Source of the DNA: a bacterium
Lineage (GTDB): Bacteria > Krumholzibacteriota > Krumholzibacteriia > G020349025
DNA: 64,000 nucleotides
Direction: 5' to 3'
Assembly (NCBI GenBank): GCA_031362565.1
Contig: JANLSU010000039.1
Coordinates: forward strand, 96,001 to 160,000
Both the position numbers and the translations under genes were made by a program. Of this stretch, positions 58,547-64,000 are shown piece after piece; position 1 is the first letter of the stretch; every line of letters starts with the position of its first letter. Below the pieces are notes generated by a model. The model did not search any database. It had not been told where the DNA came from and saw only the letters and a program-made list of their open reading frames with translations.

Positions 58547-61500
58547 CACCGAACCGTCGACACGCCGTCGCGGCGATTACTGCGATCGCTGCACTCCTCA
58601 CAACGGCGCGTGCCTCGGCACAAGCCGCCGACGCACCTCGGACGAGCGTCGTCCGCGTTGCGGCCGATGCCGCCGGGACGAAGCTCCAGGTCGACGGCAA
58701 GGACTTCATGGTGTTCGGAATGAACTGGGACTACTGCCCCATCGGTCAGAACTACAATTACGGCCTGTGGGGCCAGCCCGACGACATCATCGAGGCGGCG
58801 CTCGGCCGCGAGATGCCGCTTCTGAAGGGCATGGGTGTGAACGCGATCCGCGTCTACGTCGGCATCCCGCCGCGCTGGGTGCGCTACATCTACGAGCACT
58901 ACGGCATCTACACCGTGATCAACCATCCAATCGCCCGCTACGGGTACACGCTGGATGGCGTTTGGATTCCCTCGGTCGACTACTCCAGCCCGCGCCTGCG
59001 CGCGGCGCTGGCCGCCGAAATAACGGCCCTGGTCGACCAGTTTCGCGGTGTGCCCGGCGTCCTCATGTGGCTGCTGGGAAACGAGAACAACTATGGTCTC
59101 TCGTGGACCTCGTTCGAGATCGAAGCGCTACCTGCCGGTGAGCGCGATGCAGCCCGCGCCCGCCAACTCTATTCGCTTTTCGGGGAAATCATCCGCACCG
59201 TCAAGGCGCACGATCCCGACCGCCCGGTCGCCATCGCCAACGGCGATGTGCAGTACGTCGATATCATCGCGCAAGAGTGCAAAGGGTTAGACGTCTTCGG
59301 GACCAACGTCTACCGCGGCATCTCCGCCCGCGACCTTTTTCAAGTCGTCCACGACAAACTGGGCGTCCCCGTGATGTTCACCGAGTTCGGCTCGGATGCG
59401 TGGAACGCCAAGGACATGCGCGAGGATCAGATCATGCAGGCGCGCTACCTCGTCGGCCAGTGGCGCGAGATCTACGAACAGTCGAGCGGCAAGGGACGCG
59501 TGGGCAACGCGATTGGTGGTTTTGTATTTCAGTGGAGCGACGGCTGGTGGAAGTTCGGCCAGGAAAGCCGCCTCGACATCCACGACACTAACGCCTCGTG
59601 GCCCAACGGCGGCTATGTGGAGGATTTCGTGCCGGGCCGCAACAACATGAACGAGGAGTGGTGGGGCATCTGCGCCAAGGGCCAACCGGATGACCGCGGT
59701 TTGTACGAAGAGTACCCGCGCGCCGCATACTATGCACTACGACGGGCGTTACGGCTGGATCCGTACGCACCGGGAACGGATCTCGCGGTGATCCAGGGGC
59801 ACTTCGCCGCCTGCGACCCGGTGTTGTCCGGCCTCGAAGCACGCGGCGACCGCGCCAGTCTCGCGGCCGATGGGCTCGAACGCGTGCGGTTGAGCGGATT
59901 GCGGCTCGAGTTCGAGACCTTCAGCACCGGTGGATCCCGCATCACGACGCCGCGCGCGTCGGCGCCGCAGGCAAGTCTGCCCTCCTACCTCGGCTTCGAC
60001 CATCTCGAGTCGTTCTATGCGGACGTGCAGGTGCAGCCCAATCCCAGTGTGACGGGCACGGTGTCATTCAACGTCTTGGGGCACGTCCCACTCAACCGCA
60101 TCGACCAGATCAACTACGAGAACCGCGGCCGGACGCGCACGGTCCTGACGGATGAAGCGCCGCCGCCTGGGGGATTCGAGCCGCCGCTGCAGCTGGAGGG
60201 AATCGAACGGGTGAAAGTGTACCGCGGCAATGTCTCATGGGACGCCCCCCGGTTTCAGCTCGAGGGCTTCTACCGCACCGGCCACACGCATTGGGGCTAC
60301 GAAGGCGACTTCTTCGGCCTGTATCGCGATGCGTACTACGGCACGAACATCGATATCTACAATGGCGAAGCGCCGGTGGGCATCGAGATGAGCGGCAAGG
60401 GCGGGCTTGCAGGTTGGAAACTCGCTTTCGGCCCGCAATTGTGGTGGGGCGCCAACCCGGCTTTTTTGCTGAAGTACCGCCACAACATCGGTTCCTTCGA
60501 CACCGCCGCCCTGTTCCAAGAGGACATCGCCAACCAATCCTCCGTCACGTCCTCGAACGCTGTGCCGCCACGGCGTACGCGCAAAGCGACGCTGCAAATG
60601 AAAACCCGGCGCGGTCCGCTCGGCATCGAGGTCGGTGGCATCTGGGCCGGTTCGCCCCGCGTCGACGAGAGCTTTCAAATCGCTGCAGGAACGTCCGGCA
60701 ACTATCGCATTCTGCAGGACCACGTCGTTGCGACCGATGCCCTCGGCGTCAAAGGCAAGGTGACGGTAGAACGTGGCCTTTGGCATTGGTACGCGCAGGC
60801 CGCATATATGGGACTCGTCGCCGACGGCGGTCCAACCGCGCCCATCACGTTCACTGGATGGAGCCTCAAGGACACCGGTTCGGGCAACCAGACGAACGCC
60901 ATTACCGGCTTGGCGGTCAACTTCGGGAATTTCCAGTTCGGTCCCAATTTTCTCTGGCAGAAACCGATCGTGGGGCCGGTTCCGGGCGACGTTCAGTCAC
61001 CCGGGCGGCCGCGCAACATTCTCGACGACCCTTTTGCGGTGCGCGCCAACCGCGAGACCGTCGGCGGCGAACTGCTCCTCGCATATGACCCGACGCCGGC
61101 CACGTGGATGTGGGCATGGGACAATGACGTGCGCGAAGACGCCCGCCTGGCCGCGAGCCTGGGCCTAGCGATTCGCCACTTGCCCACCACTCAAGACGCC
61201 AGTATTGGCATTCAGGCCGACGGCCGCACGACGTTCCCGTTCCCAGGCGCGCCACCGCCACGCGACTTGTGGGAGGCACGGACGCGCCTGGTGTCGCGAC
61301 TGCGGAGCGATATTCGCATGGTGACGCATCTCTTCGCCGGCGCCGGCGAACCGAATGGCAATGACCCGCGGGTCGTGCATCGCTATGGCGCCGACACCCG
61401 GCTCGCCTGGGGATCCATGACGCTGGCGACGGCCGCGAAGTGGAACGACTGGGGACCGTACGACTACCATCGCGACGGTAACCTGACGTTCCCGGTGCAA

Positions 61501-61680
61501 CTCATGGGCGATCTGTCTTACACGCTCGGAACACCGCGGTGGTTCGATTTCCCGCAAACCCAAGTCGGGGCGCGTGCGGCATGGCGAACCCTGGACAACC
61601 ATTCACCGCGCTTGGTCACGGCGCCCGGGAAAAACGGTCGCGAATGGGAGATCCGGACATACCTGCACGTGGGTCTGTGA
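58543..61680 (+). CDS. Clan GH-A TIM-barrel glycosidase (GH2/GH158-like) fused to a putative outer-membrane beta-barrel
   Basis: AGGAGG RBS and signal peptide; GVNAIRVY, LLGNE, FTEFG and EEWWGI; a C-terminal region of about 600 aa rich in amphipathic strands, ending WEIRTYLHVGL. Confidence 0.75.
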   Translation: MTPNRRHAVAAITAIAALLTTARASAQAADAPRTSVVRVAADAAGTKLQVDGKDFMVFGMNWDYCPIGQNYNYGLWGQPDDIIEAALGREMPLLKGMGVNAIRVYVGIPPRWVRYIYEHYGIYTVINHPIARYGYTLDGVWIPSVDYSSPRLRAALAAEITALVDQFRGVPGVLMWLLGNENNYGLSWTSFEIEALPAGERDAARARQLYSLFGEIIRTVKAHDPDRPVAIANGDVQYVDIIAQECKGLDVFGTNVYRGISARDLFQVVHDKLGVPVMFTEFGSDAWNAKDMREDQIMQARYLVGQWREIYEQSSGKGRVGNAIGGFVFQWSDGWWKFGQESRLDIHDTNASWPNGGYVEDFVPGRNNMNEEWWGICAKGQPDDRGLYEEYPRAAYYALRRALRLDPYAPGTDLAVIQGHFAACDPVLSGLEARGDRASLAADGLERVRLSGLRLEFETFSTGGSRITTPRASAPQASLPSYLGFDHLESFYADVQVQPNPSVTGTVSFNVLGHVPLNRIDQINYENRGRTRTVLTDEAPPPGGFEPPLQLEGIERVKVYRGNVSWDAPRFQLEGFYRTGHTHWGYEGDFFGLYRDAYYGTNIDIYNGEAPVGIEMSGKGGLAGWKLAFGPQLWWGANPAFLLKYRHNIGSFDTAALFQEDIANQSSVTSSNAVPPRRTRKATLQMKTRRGPLGIEVGGIWAGSPRVDESFQIAAGTSGNYRILQDHVVATDALGVKGKVTVERGLWHWYAQAAYMGLVADGGPTAPITFTGWSLKDTGSGNQTNAITGLAVNFGNFQFGPNFLWQKPIVGPVPGDVQSPGRPRNILDDPFAVRANRETVGGELLLAYDPTPATWMWAWDNDVREDARLAASLGLAIRHLPTTQDASIGIQADGRTTFPFPGAPPPRDLWEARTRLVSRLRSDIRMVTHLFAGAGEPNGNDPRVVHRYGADTRLAWGSMTLATAAKWNDWGPYDYHRDGNLTFPVQLMGDLSYTLGTPRWFDFPQTQVGARAAWRTLDNHSPRLVTAPGKNGREWEIRTYLHVGL

Positions 61681-61681
61681 G

Positions 61682-62641
61682 CTACTTCGCGAGGTGGCAG
61701 GCGGCCGCGTGACCGGGGCGGTACTGGACGAGCTCCGGCGTGCGTACGCGGCAGAGATCCACGGCTACGGCGCAACGCGGGTGGAAACGACAGCCCGCGG
61801 GTGGGTTGCGCAAACTCGGTGGCGTGCCTGGGATACTCGCGAGTTCCACGGCGCCGCCGTGTAACGCCGGAAACGCCCGCAGGAGTCCTTGGGTGTAAGG
61901 ATGCAGCGGCGCGCGCCGGAGCTCCGCCACCGGCGCGATCTCGACCAGCCGGGCGGCATAGAAGACCGCGACACGGTCCGAGAACTGCAGCATGCGCGCC
62001 AGGTCGTGGGTGATCAATATCACGGCGAAACCCAGCCGACGCTGCAGGGCGCGGATCTGCTCGAGGATTTCGCGTTCGACGATCACATCCAGTGCGGTCG
62101 TGGGCTCGTCCAGAATGACCAAGGCGGGTTCCAGCGCCAGGGCCAGCGCGATGTTCACCCGCTGCCGCATGCCACCCGACAGTTGGTGTGCATAGGAGTC
62201 GAGCCGGTCGCCGGGCATCCCGACCATACGCAAGAGTTCCGCGGCTCGGGTGCGCGCCGCGTCGCGGCTCGGCGCGTCATGCGCGAGAAGTGTATCGACG
62301 ATCTGCTCGCCAACCGTGATCACCGGGTTCAGTGCGTCCATCGCGCTCTGAAAAACCATCGAAATGCGTTTCCAACGCAGGGTGCGCAATTCCGGCTCGG
62401 GGAGCGACAGCAGATCGCGTCCTTCGAATTGGACACTGCCGCCTGAAATGACCGCCGGCGGCGGCAGGATACGCAGCAGTGCCTGCGCCATGGTGGACTT
62501 GCCGCTGCCCGACTCGCCCGCGACACCCAGGATCTCGCCTGGTCCGACGTCCAGCGAAACGTGATCGATGGCGCGCACCGGCCCTTGGTCTGTGATGTAA
62601 TCGATGCAGAGGTCGCGAATGGACAGGATTGGTTCAGTCAC
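61682..62641 (-). CDS. Opp/Dpp-type ABC transporter ATP-binding subunit (OppD-like)
   Basis: GESGSGKST, LSGGMRQR, DEPTTALDV, HPYT and GCRFHPRC. Confidence 0.95.
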   Translation of the reverse strand: MTEPILSIRDLCIDYITDQGPVRAIDHVSLDVGPGEILGVAGESGSGKSTMAQALLRILPPPAVISGGSVQFEGRDLLSLPEPELRTLRWKRISMVFQSAMDALNPVITVGEQIVDTLLAHDAPSRDAARTRAAELLRMVGMPGDRLDSYAHQLSGGMRQRVNIALALALEPALVILDEPTTALDVIVEREILEQIRALQRRLGFAVILITHDLARMLQFSDRVAVFYAARLVEIAPVAELRRAPLHPYTQGLLRAFPALHGGAVELASIPGTPPSLRNPPAGCRFHPRCAVAVDLCRVRTPELVQYRPGHAAACHLAK

Positions 62642-63575
62642 GATCCAACACCACCGGCGTCGAACGCGTCGGCTGCTGATGCCGAACGACAAGATACTTG
62701 CGCCAGGCGCGCTCCAACTGCAACCGCGGATTGGTGACTTCGTCAAACCCGGAGTTGAGCATCGTCAGACCAAAGCCCACCAGCGCCACACACAGCCCAG
62801 TGGGCGCGAACGTCCACCAGGCACCGGTGAGGAGCGCTGCGTCATTTTGTGCCCAGTAGAGATTCGTTCCCCAGGTCACGGCAGAAACGTCGCCGAGGCC
62901 CAGGAACTCGAGCCCTACCTGCGCGCCGATCGCGTACACCGTGCTGCCGATGACCTGCGCCACCAGCAACGAAGTCATGTTCGGCAGAATCTCACGCGTC
63001 ACGATGCGGAAGTTCGACTCCCCCGACACGACCGCGGCAGCGACAAAATCGCGTTTGCGCAACGCCAGCGTCTGGGCGCGGATGACGCGGGCGTTCCACG
63101 CCCACCCGGTGACGATGAGGACGAGCGCCAGCGTGAACGGCCCGGAGGGCAGGTACGCGGCGATGACGATCGCAAGCGGCAGCCCGGGGATGACCAGGAA
63201 AATGTTGAAGAGCAGCGAGAGGATCCCGTCGACACGCCGGCCGAAGTACCCAGCCGTGACACCGACGAGCGCCCCCACGAACACGACGATCACGCCCACT
63301 CCGAAACCGATCGCGAGCGAAATCCGAGTCCCGGTCACGACCTGGGCCAGCACGTCTTGCCCCTGGCCCGTTGTTCCGAGCCAATGCGCCACCGAGGGCG
63401 GCTGCAGCGGTATCCCGACGAGAGCATCCGGTTCGCCGACGAACCACCGGCCGAACAATGCGATGGCTGCAAAGAAAGCCAGAACGACTGCACCGATCGT
63501 CGCCTTGCGGTCGCGGCGAATCGCCATCCACCAGGCGGCCACGCCAGTCACCTTGCGGTCCAGAGCGGCGCTCAC
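62634..63575 (-). CDS. Opp/Dpp-type ABC permease (OppC-like)
   Basis: HWLGTTGQGQDV, RDFVAAAVVSGE and EILPN; GTG overlaps the upstream stop. Confidence 0.93.
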   Translation of the reverse strand: MSAALDRKVTGVAAWWMAIRRDRKATIGAVVLAFFAAIALFGRWFVGEPDALVGIPLQPPSVAHWLGTTGQGQDVLAQVVTGTRISLAIGFGVGVIVVFVGALVGVTAGYFGRRVDGILSLLFNIFLVIPGLPLAIVIAAYLPSGPFTLALVLIVTGWAWNARVIRAQTLALRKRDFVAAAVVSGESNFRIVTREILPNMTSLLVAQVIGSTVYAIGAQVGLEFLGLGDVSAVTWGTNLYWAQNDAALLTGAWWTFAPTGLCVALVGFGLTMLNSGFDEVTNPRLQLERAWRKYLVVRHQQPTRSTPVVLDRD

Positions 63576-64000
63576 GATGACGACTCCCGGGTGCGCGGAT
63601 CGAGCCACAGGTAAACCAGGTCGACGACCCAGTTCGCGCCCAGCACCGCCAGCGTGATCACCAAGAAGATGCCCTGCATGAGTGGGTAGTCCTGGTTCCG
63701 CACCGCCTGCACCAGCAAGTACCCTTGGCCCGGGTAGGAAAAGACGATCTCGGTGAGCAGCGATCCGCCCAATACGAAACCCAGCGCCATACCGAAGCCA
63801 GTGACACTGGGGAGCAAGGCATTACGAGCCGCGTAGCGGAACGCCACCCGCGATGGGCGGACGCCCTTCGCACGGGCCAGATTGACATAGTCCGACCCGA
63901 GGATCGCGATCATGGTGTTGCGCATGGTGAGCAACCATCCACCCAGAGTGGCCAGCACCACGGTCGCAACCGGCAGCACCGCGTGCCGCGCGACGTCCGC
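63572..64000 (-). CDS. Opp/Dpp-type ABC permease (OppB-like), 5' part outside the window
   Basis: DYVNLARAKG, RNALLP, EIVFSYPGQG, QDYPLMQG and LDPR. Confidence 0.93.
   Translation of the reverse strand, partial: ADVARHAVLPVATVVLATLGGWLLTMRNTMIAILGSDYVNLARAKGVRPSRVAFRYAARNALLPSVTGFGMALGFVLGGSLLTEIVFSYPGQGYLLVQAVRNQDYPLMQGIFLVITLAVLGANWVVDLVYLWLDPRTRESSS

Overview
High-GC bacterial window. The gene content (FlgD/T9SS-like C-terminal tails, W-[GS]-x-I-K-x-L-Y-R termini, single-domain GlmU) suggests an FCB-group candidate phylum such as Krumholzibacteria, Latescibacteria or Eisenbacteria; this is inference only. 1-31.6 kb is mostly core genome: tldD (partial), pgeF, tatA, HIT, a GlmU-like nucleotidyltransferase, panC, panB, a deoxynucleoside kinase, folK, groESL with CIRCE, coaX, birA, nadC, uvrB, a rodZ-like gene and valS. 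The most unusual locus is at 4.9-12.7 kb. Two back-to-back sigma-54 (-24/-12) promoter motifs point rightward to a CxxC thioredoxin-like protein, a stand-alone C39 peptidase, a Yip1 membrane protein and two precursor-like peptides (Sec-like signal, double-glycine-type leader, hydrophobic two-Cys core). They point leftward to a membrane-TPR protein, a sensor-less sigma-54 activator and an orphan peptide-binding lipoprotein. No peptidase-containing ABC exporter is present in the window. 31.7-64 kb is accessory. It holds gene remnants, secreted tail-bearing proteins, a TPR-CHAT protease and a 2588-aa multidomain metalloprotease. It also holds a beta-1,3-glucan utilisation locus with no SusC/D in the window (GH17, GH16, GH149-like phosphorylase, GH1, a GH-A hydrolase fused to a putative beta-barrel, Opp-type ABC transporter) and two matching 25-bp palindromic operators. 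I saw no rRNA, tRNA or CRISPR array. All family assignments are by motif recognition, not database search.
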